A stretch of 46,730 bases of DNA. It comes from Deltaproteobacteria bacterium. Lineage in GTDB: Bacteria > Desulfobacterota > Desulfobacteria > Desulfobacterales > SURF-15. Position numbers and translations under genes: made by a program. The stretch is from assembly GCA_013349495.1 (NCBI GenBank), contig DUZK01000002.1:1-46730 (forward strand). The letters run 5' to 3'. Positions 25,613 through 35,831 of the stretch are shown piece after piece (positions within the stretch are counted from its first letter, which is position 1; every line of letters starts with the position of its first letter). The notes under the pieces are model-generated. The model was not told where the DNA came from. It did no database searches and was given only the letters and a program-made list of their open reading frames with translations.

Positions 25613-25963
25613 ATGGAATACCAAACGATTAAAGAAGACGGAAAGGTAAAATTTGTTGTTCTTCCGGTCAGCGAGTTTCAGATGCTACTGAATCGTCTGG
25701 AGGATTCATCCGATCTGCATGCCATTCGAAAGGCTAAGACGGAACCGTTATACGATCAGAAAGATGCCGAAGAATTTATCTTTATGAATCCGGTAAAGCG
25801 AGAGCGCCTTGAGAAAGGTTGGACGCAAAAGAAGTTGGCAGATAAACTTCGCGTAAAACAATCGAGCATTGCAAAATGGGAACGCGATGGGGCTGTTTAT
25901 CGCAAGAGTACCAGGCAGAAATTAGCTGTGGTATTCGGAATCAATGAAGACAGCTTTCGGTAG
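25613..25963 (+). CDS. Antitoxin with C-terminal XRE-type helix-turn-helix
   Basis: KRERLEKGWTQKKLADKLRVKQSSIAKWERDG (HTH_XRE). The ATG at 25613 is preceded by AGAGG. The alternative GTG at 25607 overlaps the toxin stop (GTGA). Confidence 0.75.
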   Translation: MEYQTIKEDGKVKFVVLPVSEFQMLLNRLEDSSDLHAIRKAKTEPLYDQKDAEEFIFMNPVKRERLEKGWTQKKLADKLRVKQSSIAKWERDGAVYRKSTRQKLAVVFGINEDSFR

Positions 25964-26001
25964 CTTCTGTTAAGCGACACAATGTGAACCGGGATAAAAA
26001 A

Positions 26002-26029
26002 AGCGAGTCAGTACATTTATTGACCCGCT
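26002..26029. terminator. Bidirectional intrinsic terminator hairpin between the antitoxin gene and tRNA-Pro
   Basis: AGCGAGTCA (26002-26010) pairs with TGACCCGCT (26021-26029): 9 bp with one G-U/mismatch. Flanked by an A-run upstream and a T-rich tract downstream, so a U-tract follows the hairpin on either strand. Confidence 0.55.
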
Positions 26030-26042
26030 TTGATTATTTATT

Positions 26043-26121
<79 letters not shown>

Positions 26122-26260
26122 ACATTTTGGGATAATGAGTAGCACTGCGGATTTTTTTTGTCAATATGCCAAGGATGCTTTATGATCTTATTTGATCGAT
26201 CACTTTTTATGGAAGAGCACAGTTAAGAAGATACCGTCAACAATTTAGCAATGGAGAAAT

Positions 26261-27178
26261 ATGGCTAAACGAAAACCTGAAAATCAGCGGCCGCTACGCC
26301 TGAAAGAAGGAGATGCCGTCGGTATTGTCGCCCCGGCGAGCCATTTCGATCCGGATACCTTTCACAATGGCATAGCGGTTCTGGAATCCATGGGGTTCAA
26401 TCCGGTCGTGGATGGCGGCCTCTATGAAAAAGAAAACTATTTTGCCGGACCGGATGAACACCGTGCCGATCTGATCAACCGTTATTTTGCCGATGAAAAG
26501 ATTAAGGCGATCATCTGCGCCCGGGGCGGGTTCGGATCCATCCGCATCCTGTCTCTTCTGGATTTCCAATCCATTCAGGCCAACCCAAAATGCTTTGTGG
26601 GGTTCAGCGATATTACGGCGGTTCTTTCCGTCTTGTCTCAGAAATGCAAGTTTCCGGTATTCCATGGCCCGAACATAACCACCCTGGCAAAAGCGACTCA
26701 GAAAACGAAAGATGCATTTTACTCGGCATTGGCTGCAGATCGACCCGTTCGATTGAAGACTCAAACAGGGATTATACTAAAACCGGGTACTGCTACAGGG
26801 CAGGTAACCGGAGGAAACCTCACCACCCTCTGCCATCTTCTGGCCACACCATATCAGCCCGATTTCAGCGGCCGGATACTTCTGCTTGAAGATACAAGCG
26901 AAGCGCCTTACCGGGTCGACCGGATGCTTAGCCAGATGAAATTGGCCGGGTGCTTTGACACCGTAGCCGGTCTGGTGCTCGGAACGTTCAGGGGCTGCGG
27001 CAGAAAGGATGAGATTTATCGGATTGCGGTTGATGCCTTTCAGGAATACGACATGCCGGTGTTGGCCGGGTTGCCGGTTGGACATGGGCGGTCCAATCTC
27101 ACTGTACCCATGGGGTTGACGGCAACGATGGATACCGATCTGAAAGAACTGATGTTTCATGAACCGGCTACAGTATGA
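26261..27178 (+). CDS. ldcA: LD-carboxypeptidase (muramoyltetrapeptide carboxypeptidase, peptidase S66)
   Basis: GDAVGIVAPAS, ARGGFGS, nucleophile context VGFSDITA, C-terminal GLPVGHG. Good SD (GGAGAAAT) before the ATG. Confidence 0.85.
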   Translation: MAKRKPENQRPLRLKEGDAVGIVAPASHFDPDTFHNGIAVLESMGFNPVVDGGLYEKENYFAGPDEHRADLINRYFADEKIKAIICARGGFGSIRILSLLDFQSIQANPKCFVGFSDITAVLSVLSQKCKFPVFHGPNITTLAKATQKTKDAFYSALAADRPVRLKTQTGIILKPGTATGQVTGGNLTTLCHLLATPYQPDFSGRILLLEDTSEAPYRVDRMLSQMKLAGCFDTVAGLVLGTFRGCGRKDEIYRIAVDAFQEYDMPVLAGLPVGHGRSNLTVPMGLTATMDTDLKELMFHEPATV

Positions 27179-27208
27179 AGCCCATAGGCGTCTTAATTGT
27201 TATTGTGT

Positions 27209-28285
27209 ATGAATCGAGTTGATGATTTGATGATAGAAGGCATCCAGGAACGTGTATTCCCGGGCGGCGTGGTATTGGCGGCTAAGGACGGCACCGCCCG
27301 CTTTTTCAAATCTTATGGTTACGCGAACCTGTATACAAAACAGGCTGTAACAGCGGATACATTTTTCGACCTGGCTTCTCTGACCAAGCCGCTTGCCACC
27401 ACCCTTGCCGTCATGAAGCTTATACAGCAATCCAAGCTTGAATTACACCAGAAGATTGAAACAATCCTCCATCCCTTTGCGAACACTAAGAAGGGGAGCA
27501 TTACCATCGAGCACCTGCTTGCCCATACTGCGGGACTGTCGGATTATCGCCCCTATTATCAACTGTTGGAACGTGTCCCAACCGAGCAGAGAAGATCGGC
27601 CTTGAGAGATCTTCTTGTCGTTGAGCCCCTTGAATATCCCGTTGGCGAGCGAACCGTTTACAGTGATATCGGGTTTATGATCTTGAGTTGGGTTATTGAA
27701 ACGGTATCCGAAAGACGGCTCGATCGGTTTGTGTTTGAGGATATTTACACGCCCTTGGAATTAGACGATTTGTTTTTTGTGGATCTGCAGAAGCCGGATC
27801 GCACAAAATCGTTCGCCGCCACCGAGCAATGCCCTTGGCGCAAGCAGATGATTCAGGGTGTTGTGCACGATGAAAATGCATATGCTGCCGGCGGAATCGA
27901 AGGACAGGCCGGTCTTTTCGGAACGGCAAGCGACGTCTATCGTCTGCTATCCGTCTTGCTGGAAATCTACCACAATCGATCGAAAACGCCTATCTTTGAT
28001 CAAGATCTTCTCCGGCTGTTTCTAACCAAACAGCAGGGATTCGAAAGGGCATTCGGGTTCGATACGCCATCCGATGCTAATTCCAGCTGTGGAAATCATT
28101 TTTCAGGCAATACCGTAGGTCATCTGGGTTTTACGGGAACCTCATTTTGGATGGATATGGAGCGGAGCATTATCGTCATACTTTTGACAAATCGGATCCA
28201 TCCCACGAGAACAAACGAAAAGATTAGAGCGTTTCGTCCCCGATTGCACGATGCGGTTATGCTGTCTATCGGCAAACAAATTTAG
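27209..28285 (+). CDS. Serine hydrolase of the beta-lactamase / class C PBP-like family
   Basis: S-x-x-K motif in FDLASLTKPLAT, YSDIGF (Y-x-N-like), and HLGFTGTSFW near the C-terminus. ATG at 27209 is preferred over TTG at 27197. Confidence 0.75.
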   Translation: MNRVDDLMIEGIQERVFPGGVVLAAKDGTARFFKSYGYANLYTKQAVTADTFFDLASLTKPLATTLAVMKLIQQSKLELHQKIETILHPFANTKKGSITIEHLLAHTAGLSDYRPYYQLLERVPTEQRRSALRDLLVVEPLEYPVGERTVYSDIGFMILSWVIETVSERRLDRFVFEDIYTPLELDDLFFVDLQKPDRTKSFAATEQCPWRKQMIQGVVHDENAYAAGGIEGQAGLFGTASDVYRLLSVLLEIYHNRSKTPIFDQDLLRLFLTKQQGFERAFGFDTPSDANSSCGNHFSGNTVGHLGFTGTSFWMDMERSIIVILLTNRIHPTRTNEKIRAFRPRLHDAVMLSIGKQI

Positions 28286-28608
28286 GTCCCGGTTGAAAAC
28301 CGGTAAAACATTCGCTCTTTATCCATTATCTTGATACAGAAATGCAGATCAATGGAAGATATTGTGTATATATCGATCAGGTATAACAAAATGTTCTTGT
28401 AAAGCCCGAATATTTTTGGTAGCGGTTTTTATTAAAATTTATATAAAATAGGTACAAATGTTCTAAAAAATTGTATACTAGAAAAAATGGCTGAAATCTA
28501 CCGGAAGCCATTGAGAGTTATCCGGTAATTATTGGCACAGCTTTTGAATAGTAAACCCAACATGCAGATTAACAATAAAGAGATTGCACCGTGTGTGCAA
28601 GGCAATGA

Positions 28609-29658
<1,050 letters not shown>

Positions 29659-29662
29659 TTTC

Positions 29663-30496
29663 ATGTTCTCGAAAAAGACGATGGTGATCGTTGGCATCAT
29701 TATTTTAATAGCTGTCAACATTACAGTCCTTTCCATATTCACCAAACGACGTTATTCATCACCTCGTCCCGGTGGAATCGCCTTATTTATTGTTTCGCCG
29801 TTTCAAGATGCCGTGACCACAACACTCCGCTTCGTTCGGGATGTGTGGTCCCACTATTTCTTTCTGGTTTCGGTTGCAAGAGAAAACGATGATCTCAAAC
29901 GGATATTGAGCCGCGAGATACAAAAGAACAAACAGAATGCCGAAGTCGAACTGTCCAATGAGCGACTTCGGAACTTGTTGAGTTTCCAGCAGAATGTAAC
30001 CGATCGGGTACTAGCTGCCGAGGTGATCGGAAAAGATCCTTCACCCTGGTTCAAAACGGTTATCATCGATAAGGGCGGAACAGATGGAATCGTGAAGGGA
30101 CTGCCGGTGGTCCTCCCGAAAGGTGTTGCAGGTCAGATCATCGAGGTGTCCGCACGGCATTCCAAGGTGCTATTGATTATAGATCCCAACAGTGCGGTGG
30201 ATGCCCTGGTACAGCGAACCCGTTTCAGAGGCCTCATCAAGGGAAGCTCGGGAGGAAGGTGTTTGTTTCAATATGTCTTGAGAAAACATGAAATTCGGGT
30301 GGGGGATACCGTTATCTCCTCCGGTCTCGACGGGGTTTACCCAAAAGGAATTCAAATCGGAAATGTATCGGGTGTTGTCAGGCGCAATGCAGGAATATTT
30401 CAGGAAGTGACGGTAACACCCAACGTGGATTTCGAAAAACTTGAAGAAGTTCTCGTGATTCTCAATCCTCCCCGCTCCGGATTTGAAAGCGACTGA
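29663..30496 (+). CDS. mreC: Rod shape-determining protein MreC
   Basis: N-terminal TM segment, a coiled-coil region, and a C-terminal beta-rich domain (VISSGLDGVYPKGIQIGNV). Positioned between mreB and mreD. Confidence 0.85.
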   Translation: MFSKKTMVIVGIIILIAVNITVLSIFTKRRYSSPRPGGIALFIVSPFQDAVTTTLRFVRDVWSHYFFLVSVARENDDLKRILSREIQKNKQNAEVELSNERLRNLLSFQQNVTDRVLAAEVIGKDPSPWFKTVIIDKGGTDGIVKGLPVVLPKGVAGQIIEVSARHSKVLLIIDPNSAVDALVQRTRFRGLIKGSSGGRCLFQYVLRKHEIRVGDTVISSGLDGVYPKGIQIGNVSGVVRRNAGIFQEVTVTPNVDFEKLEEVLVILNPPRSGFESD

Positions 30497-31023
30497 TGGC
30501 CTATCTGTATTATAGCATGCTCGGTCTGGTTTTGTTAGTCATCCAGACAACGATTATTCCAGAGATTGCGGGGACCCAGGGCCCCTACGATTTGATTGCG
30601 CTGATTATTTTCTATTTGGGGCTGTACCACCCGTTTCGACAAAGTCTGCCCATGGTCTTCATACTCGGATTCATTATGGATAATCTCTCCGGAGCGCCAT
30701 TCGGCCTTTACATCACAACATACTTCTGGGTATTTGTCGGGGTGAGCTGGGTTACAAGATTTTTGAGGGTGCGGAATATTATCCTTCTTCCCCTAATACT
30801 GGCCGTCGGCATACTGGTGGAGAACATTATTTTTATTGGAACCATTTTCCTAATCGGAAGTCTGCCGCCAGTGCCTTCGGAGGAACTGCTTCGAATGGCG
30901 TTTCAAATACTCTGGGCGGTAGTTACCGGACCTTTTCTGGTTTTGTTTTTTCGTTATCTTCATTCAAAATGGGATTTGTGGATTCTCGAGATGCTGGCAG
31001 AACGCGGTGAACAAAACGAATAA
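30496..31023 (+). CDS. mreD: Rod shape-determining protein MreD
   Basis: 175-aa polytopic hydrophobic protein. TGATG overlap with the mreC stop. Position in mreBCD. Confidence 0.75.
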   Translation: MAYLYYSMLGLVLLVIQTTIIPEIAGTQGPYDLIALIIFYLGLYHPFRQSLPMVFILGFIMDNLSGAPFGLYITTYFWVFVGVSWVTRFLRVRNIILLPLILAVGILVENIIFIGTIFLIGSLPPVPSEELLRMAFQILWAVVTGPFLVLFFRYLHSKWDLWILEMLAERGEQNE

Positions 31024-31072
31024 CCGTTGATGGCAGGATCACCTGAGAGGCTCCACCTTCCGGAGGAGTATT

Positions 31073-33076
31073 TTGACGATAACCCAAAAACCCTCGGATA
31101 GCAAATGGTTTAAACAGAGGTTAACCAGCGCCATGTTCTGTATCATGGCTGCTTTTGCGGTGCTAGTGGCGCGCCTGTTTTACCTTCAGATCATTGAACG
31201 GCAGGAGTACAACCGGCTCTCTGAAAATAACTGCATCCGTCTGCAGAGTATCGATCCTCCCCGGGGTATGATTTTCGACCGGTATGGCAAATTGCTGGTG
31301 GAGAATCGCCCCTCCTTTGATCTTTCCATTATCCTAAAAGACGCGAAACCGCTGGACCAGACCCTGTACCGGGTTTCAGATTTCTTGGAAAGTACCCCCC
31401 AAGAGCTCATAACAAAGGTCAAGCGCAAAAATGGTTTTCAGTCCTACAAGCCGATACCGTTGCATCAGGATATCGGCAGGGATGTTCTGGCAATGATCGA
31501 AGTGAATAAATTCGATCTTCCCGGCATCGAAGTCAATGTGCGGCCCTTGCGACACTATATTCAGAGGGGGGTGTCGGCCCATATCATCGGGTATCTGAGC
31601 GAAATAGACCCGAAAGAGCTTAAAAGCGGCGCCTATACGGATGCCAGGCCCGGTGATTTTATCGGGAAATTCGGTGCGGAGAAAACATTTGATGGATTCT
31701 TAAGAGGAAAACGGGGGGGGCGGCAGGTTGAGGTGAATGCAACCGGCCAGGTGGTCCGGGTGCTGAATACCGTAGAAGCGCAACCCGGGAACAACATATA
31801 TCTTACCATCGATCAGCAGCTCCAGGAAAAGGCGGAGACATTATTAGGCGGTCTTGCCGGAGCAGTGGTTGCCATAAAGCCGTCCACCGGCGAAGTGCTT
31901 GTGCTTACCAGCAGTCCATCTTTTGATCAAAATGCGTTTGCCAGCGGGCTCTCTCTCAAACAATGGAGAACGCTTCAGTTCAACCCGTTCCGGCCCATGG
32001 AAAACAAAGCCATACAAGGCGAGTATGCCCCGGCATCCACCTATAAGATCATAACGGCCATTGCAGGGCTTGAAGAAGGTGTCATTGATACATCCACAAC
32101 GTTTTATTGCCCGGGATTCTATGAATATGGGGATCGGGTGTTTCGCTGCTGGAAAAAGGGAGGGCACGGCACGGTTGATGTTTTCAGGGCTTTGGCTGAG
32201 TCTTGTGATGTTTTTTTCTATCAGGTGGGGCAAAAACTGGGAGTTGACCGATTGGCTTGGCATGCCAAAGCATCCGGGTTGGGAGCGGCCACCGGTATCG
32301 ATCTTGATCATGAAGCCCATGGCCTCATACCGACAGCGGCTTGGAAAAAACAACGGACCGGTGTTCCATGGCAACGGGGTGAGACACTGTCTGTGGCCAT
32401 CGGGCAAGGTTACAATCTTGTAACGCCCTTGCAGATGGCGGTTTTGGCTGCTGCTGTGGCTAACGATGGAGTGGCCTATAAGCCGTTGATCCTTAAATCC
32501 ATTGAATCGGCGGACGGCAAAATCGTTTTCCGGAACGAGAAACAGGTGTTAAGAAAGCTGCCCACATCCCGCAGAACAATGGATATCGTCAAAAGGGGAC
32601 TTTGGGAAGTCGTGCATTCAGAAAGGGGTACGGCAAGAATCGCTCGGGTTCATGGAATTAATATCAGCGGAAAAACCGGAACGGCTCAGGTGATCGGCAG
32701 ACGGAAAGGAGACACTTCCCGGAAAATCGAACGGGCTCCACACCAAGAGGCGCATGCATGGTTTGTGGCTTATGCACCATCGGAGGACTCGAAAATTGCC
32801 GTGTCTGTGGTTGTAGAAAACGGTGAGCACGGTTCAAGTGCTGCCGCGCCCATCGCCAGGGAGATAATCAAGACCTATTTGCAGCGAGAGAAACCACGGA
32901 TACTTACAGAAGATGCGAACGCAACAGATCGATTGATTTCATTAAATTCAAAACCTAACCCGGATAAACTGGAAAAAACAAATAACAAATCCCAAATCCC
33001 AAATAACAAACAATATCCAATGACCAAAAACACAAATTCAAAACAAAGATTTGGTATTGATCTGTCAAATCACTAA
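31073..33076 (+). CDS. mrdA: Penicillin-binding protein 2 (elongasome transpeptidase) with low-complexity C-terminal tail
   Basis: ASTYK (SxxK), ESCD (SxN-like), SGKTGTA (KTG). TTG start after GGAGGAG. The last ~40 codons (NSKPNPDKLEKTNNKSQIPNNKQYPMTKNTNSKQRF...) are encoded by a repeat element. Confidence 0.9.
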   Translation: MTITQKPSDSKWFKQRLTSAMFCIMAAFAVLVARLFYLQIIERQEYNRLSENNCIRLQSIDPPRGMIFDRYGKLLVENRPSFDLSIILKDAKPLDQTLYRVSDFLESTPQELITKVKRKNGFQSYKPIPLHQDIGRDVLAMIEVNKFDLPGIEVNVRPLRHYIQRGVSAHIIGYLSEIDPKELKSGAYTDARPGDFIGKFGAEKTFDGFLRGKRGGRQVEVNATGQVVRVLNTVEAQPGNNIYLTIDQQLQEKAETLLGGLAGAVVAIKPSTGEVLVLTSSPSFDQNAFASGLSLKQWRTLQFNPFRPMENKAIQGEYAPASTYKIITAIAGLEEGVIDTSTTFYCPGFYEYGDRVFRCWKKGGHGTVDVFRALAESCDVFFYQVGQKLGVDRLAWHAKASGLGAATGIDLDHEAHGLIPTAAWKKQRTGVPWQRGETLSVAIGQGYNLVTPLQMAVLAAAVANDGVAYKPLILKSIESADGKIVFRNEKQVLRKLPTSRRTMDIVKRGLWEVVHSERGTARIARVHGINISGKTGTAQVIGRRKGDTSRKIERAPHQEAHAWFVAYAPSEDSKIAVSVVVENGEHGSSAAAPIAREIIKTYLQREKPRILTEDANATDRLISLNSKPNPDKLEKTNNKSQIPNNKQYPMTKNTNSKQRFGIDLSNH

Positions 33077-33135
33077 GTTTCGGTCATTGAAATTTTGAAT
33101 TTATTTGGAATTTGGTGCTTGTGTATTGGTTTTTT
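32981..33135. repeat. Composite hairpin element A: arms built from short A/C-rich tandem words (cccaaat/ccaaata)
   Basis: Arm ccaaatcccaaataacaaacaatatccaatgacc (ends 33026) is complementary to ggtcattgaaattttgaatttatttggaatttgg (starts 33082). 25 of 34 positions pair by hand alignment. Spans the mrdA stop codon. Confidence 0.55.
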
Positions 33136-33197
33136 GCCATAATATGTACACGAATATTGTTTAAGAGCTTAAATTCCTGAATTGGATAACTTGGACC

Positions 33198-34301
33198 ATG
33201 TTTGACCGTCGGCTGGTACAGCATTTTGATTGGGGATTGTTGGGACTGACCCTTCTATTGGGGGCTATCGGCATCATAACCCTTTACAGTGCGGTCACTG
33301 CCGGCGCCCCGACGCCCGAGAAACTTCTATATATCAAACAGATTATCTGGTTCGGCTTGGGCTTGACCGCTATGATCGCTGCATTTCTATTTGACTACAA
33401 GAAACTGGACCAGTTGTCCTTTTTCATCTATGCGTTCTGCGTTTTACTTCTGATCTGTGTGCTGTTCTTCGGCAAGCTTGTCAGTGGTTCACGCCGATGG
33501 TTGATGTTGGGGCCGTTTACCATTCAGCCATCCGAACTGATAAAGATCGGATTAATCATCGTTCTTGCACGGTACTACGCCAAAGTGGCAAATACCGGGG
33601 GGGTCGGATTGAGAGAGCTGATCATCCCGGTCATATTGACCGCCCTTCCATTTATTCTCATCGTTAAGCAGCCCGATCTCGGCACGGCCTTGCTACTTGT
33701 ATTGATTGTCGGGTCCGTCACACTGTTTGTCAAGATTGGAAAACGCACATTAGCCTGTATCATCGCTGTCGGCATGGTGACGATTCCGTTGGTCTGGTTT
33801 TTTCTAAAGGGGTATCAGAAAGGTCGAATACTCACCTTTTTAGATCCGGACCGAGATCCATTAGGGGCGGGATATCACATTATACAATCTAAAATTGCCA
33901 TCGGATCCGGAATGATTACCGGAAAGGGATTTCTGAAAGGTACCCAAAATGCACTGTCCTTTCTGCCGGAGCAGCATACCGATTTCATATTTTCCGTCTT
34001 GGCCGAAGAATGGGGGTTTGTAGGCTCGGTGGGTCTGATAATACTATTTCTCATGCTCATTATCTGGGGATTAAATATCGCATATGGATGCAGAGATAAC
34101 TTCGGGATTGCCCTGTCGTTTGGTGTTATTGTCATGATATTTTGGCAGGTATTTATTAATATCGGGATGGTAATGGGACTCATGCCGGTTGTGGGCATTC
34201 CCCTGCCGCTTATCAGCTATGGGGGTTCATCCCTTATGACGATTATGATCGGATTGGGCCTGTTGATGAACGTCAGAATGCGACGATTTCTACCGGAATG
34301 A
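33198..34301 (+). CDS. rodA: SEDS-family peptidoglycan glycosyltransferase RodA
   Basis: Polytopic membrane protein with FTIQPSELIKI, LPEQHTDFIFS and GIPLPLISYGGSS motifs. Follows mrdA. Confidence 0.9.
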   Translation: MFDRRLVQHFDWGLLGLTLLLGAIGIITLYSAVTAGAPTPEKLLYIKQIIWFGLGLTAMIAAFLFDYKKLDQLSFFIYAFCVLLLICVLFFGKLVSGSRRWLMLGPFTIQPSELIKIGLIIVLARYYAKVANTGGVGLRELIIPVILTALPFILIVKQPDLGTALLLVLIVGSVTLFVKIGKRTLACIIAVGMVTIPLVWFFLKGYQKGRILTFLDPDRDPLGAGYHIIQSKIAIGSGMITGKGFLKGTQNALSFLPEQHTDFIFSVLAEEWGFVGSVGLIILFLMLIIWGLNIAYGCRDNFGIALSFGVIVMIFWQVFINIGMVMGLMPVVGIPLPLISYGGSSLMTIMIGLGLLMNVRMRRFLPE

Positions 34302-34448
34302 GAGGAGACGGCCGAAGACGAATTCGAAGGCTTGAAATCACCCCGCTTCCCCGTTTTTAATTCCTTCAATACCTAATATAACATCTCGGAAATTCTACAA
34401 CCTATTGATATTATGGTTTTTAACTGACGCTCAACATTGCAGTGCAAC

Positions 34449-34586
34449 ATGGAATAGTGGAATGATGGAATAATGGAATATTGGGTATAAAAGCGGAAGA
34501 GATCTTTTTTATAAAATCGATAGAATTCATTTAAACCCATCATTCCAGCGTTCCAATATTCCAGTATTCTCCCGCCAATTGGCGGG
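34449..34586. repeat. Composite hairpin element B: tggaatNN tandem words in inverted arms, followed by a 16-bp perfect palindrome
   Basis: Arm 34452-34485 (gaatagtggaatgatggaataatggaatattggg) pairs with arm 34536-34569 (cccatcattccagcgttccaatattccagtattc). 26 of 34 positions are complementary. CCCGCCAATTGGCGGG lies at 34571-34586. Confidence 0.65.
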
Positions 34587-34694
34587 ATGAGCAAAGCGAA
34601 CTAAGTTCTATAAACCATTATCCGCTCCGGTTTTAATGTTTCATTTCATAAGCAAGACATGCCTTCCGGAAGGCTAAAATTTTGCAAAAAACCT

Positions 34695-34724
34695 TTGACA
34701 ATTTACAATGTCAAATGTTATAGA
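34695..34724 (+). promoter_or_regulatory. Candidate sigma70 promoter of the atp operon overlapped by a palindrome
   Basis: TTGACA at 34695-34700, then 18 nt, then TATAGA at 34719-34724. TTGACAatttacaaTGTCAA forms a 6-8-6 inverted repeat across the -35 box and spacer. Confidence 0.5.
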
Positions 34725-34807
34725 CCGCCGCAGTTTAGACCCAAGTATTTGGAATTGTATGGAAACGGCGGGCTGGTGATACCCATGAATTGGACCGGAG
34801 AATCACG

Positions 34808-35233
34808 ATGATCAAGATTGATGGATCGGTTGTAATACAAATCGTTAATTTTGTTTTTTTAATATGGATTTTAAATATTGTACTGTTTAAACCCATCCGC
34901 AGGGTGCTGCATCAGCGCAAAGAAAAGATTGCCGGATTGGAAAAGAATATTGCAACCTGCATTCGAGATGTAAATGAAAAGGATGATTCGATTTCTTCGG
35001 AATTGCGGTCTGCCAAACAAAAGGGCGTGAAAGAATTGGAGAACCTCCTTCAATCGGCTGACGAAGAGGAAAAAAAGCTCATCAAATCCATCAACGAGAA
35101 GGCAGTGGTCGAGATGGATGCCATCCGTGTAAAAATTGCAAACGATGCTGAAAATGTGAGAAAGACCCTGCAGAAGGAGATTGACACCTTTGCCAGCGAG
35201 ATCGGCCGAAAAATTTTGGGGAGGGCGGTTTAA
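34808..35233 (+). CDS. F0F1 ATP synthase subunit b' (second b-type stalk subunit)
   Basis: Single N-terminal TM helix (VVIQIVNFVFLIWILNIVLFKPI) followed by a long charged helix. ATG at 34808 is preceded by GGAG. First gene of the atp cluster. Confidence 0.75.
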   Translation: MIKIDGSVVIQIVNFVFLIWILNIVLFKPIRRVLHQRKEKIAGLEKNIATCIRDVNEKDDSISSELRSAKQKGVKELENLLQSADEEEKKLIKSINEKAVVEMDAIRVKIANDAENVRKTLQKEIDTFASEIGRKILGRAV

Positions 35234-35234
35234 G

Positions 35235-35831
35235 GTGAGTTTCCGAAATCTATTGATCTTTGGTTTAACCCTATCCGTATTGTTGATGCCTGCTGTTGGA
35301 TTATGCGCTGCGGAATCGGGGCACGGAGAAGGAAGCGGCGAGTCAGGAACCAAAGGGTGGGTGGCGACCGATACTTATCGGGTGATGAACTTCGTCGTTT
35401 TGGCCGTCGGTCTTATTATCCTATTGAGAAAGCCGCTGTCCCAAGTGTTGAAATCAAGAATCGCCGGGATTCAAGATCAACTATCCGAGCTGGAAGGAAA
35501 GAAAAAGAAAGCCGAAGCGGAACTGGCCGAATATAATGAGAAACTAGCTCATCTGGATAAAGAGGCCGATCGGATCGTGACGGAATATATTAAACAGGGC
35601 GATGAGGCAAAAACCAAGATCCTGAAGGAAGCAGCATTGGCTGCGCAGAAGCTCGAAGAACAAGCCAAGAAAAACATCGAGCACGAATTCAAACTGGCTA
35701 AAGAAAAACTCCAAAGTGAAATCTTCGAAAAGGCTCTTGCCAAAGCCGAAGATCTGATAAGGGATAAGATTACAACCGAAGATCAAGACAAACTGGTTGA
35801 AGAATATTTAAATAAGGTGGTGGTACGGTGA
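35235..35831 (+). CDS. atpF: F0F1 ATP synthase subunit b
   Basis: TM helix (MNFVVLAVGLIILLRKPL) followed by a long charged coiled coil. Has an N-terminal hydrophobic, signal-like extension. GTG start at 35235 chosen just after the b' stop; start is uncertain. Confidence 0.75.
   Translation: MSFRNLLIFGLTLSVLLMPAVGLCAAESGHGEGSGESGTKGWVATDTYRVMNFVVLAVGLIILLRKPLSQVLKSRIAGIQDQLSELEGKKKKAEAELAEYNEKLAHLDKEADRIVTEYIKQGDEAKTKILKEAALAAQKLEEQAKKNIEHEFKLAKEKLQSEIFEKALAKAEDLIRDKITTEDQDKLVEEYLNKVVVR

Noticed and set aside
28533-28547. Sigma54-like -24/-12 element (TGGCAC-agctt-TTGA) upstream of mreB.
   Set aside because: The -12 element lacks the conserved GC (TTGA instead of TTGC). No enhancer-binding protein gene is nearby. 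mreB is normally sigma70-driven. This is a single near-match that could arise by chance.
34373-34594. 73-aa ORF between rodA and the atp operon.
   Set aside because: Its sequence is the direct translation of the tggaatNN word repeats and their complement (element B). It has no start context and no conservation logic.
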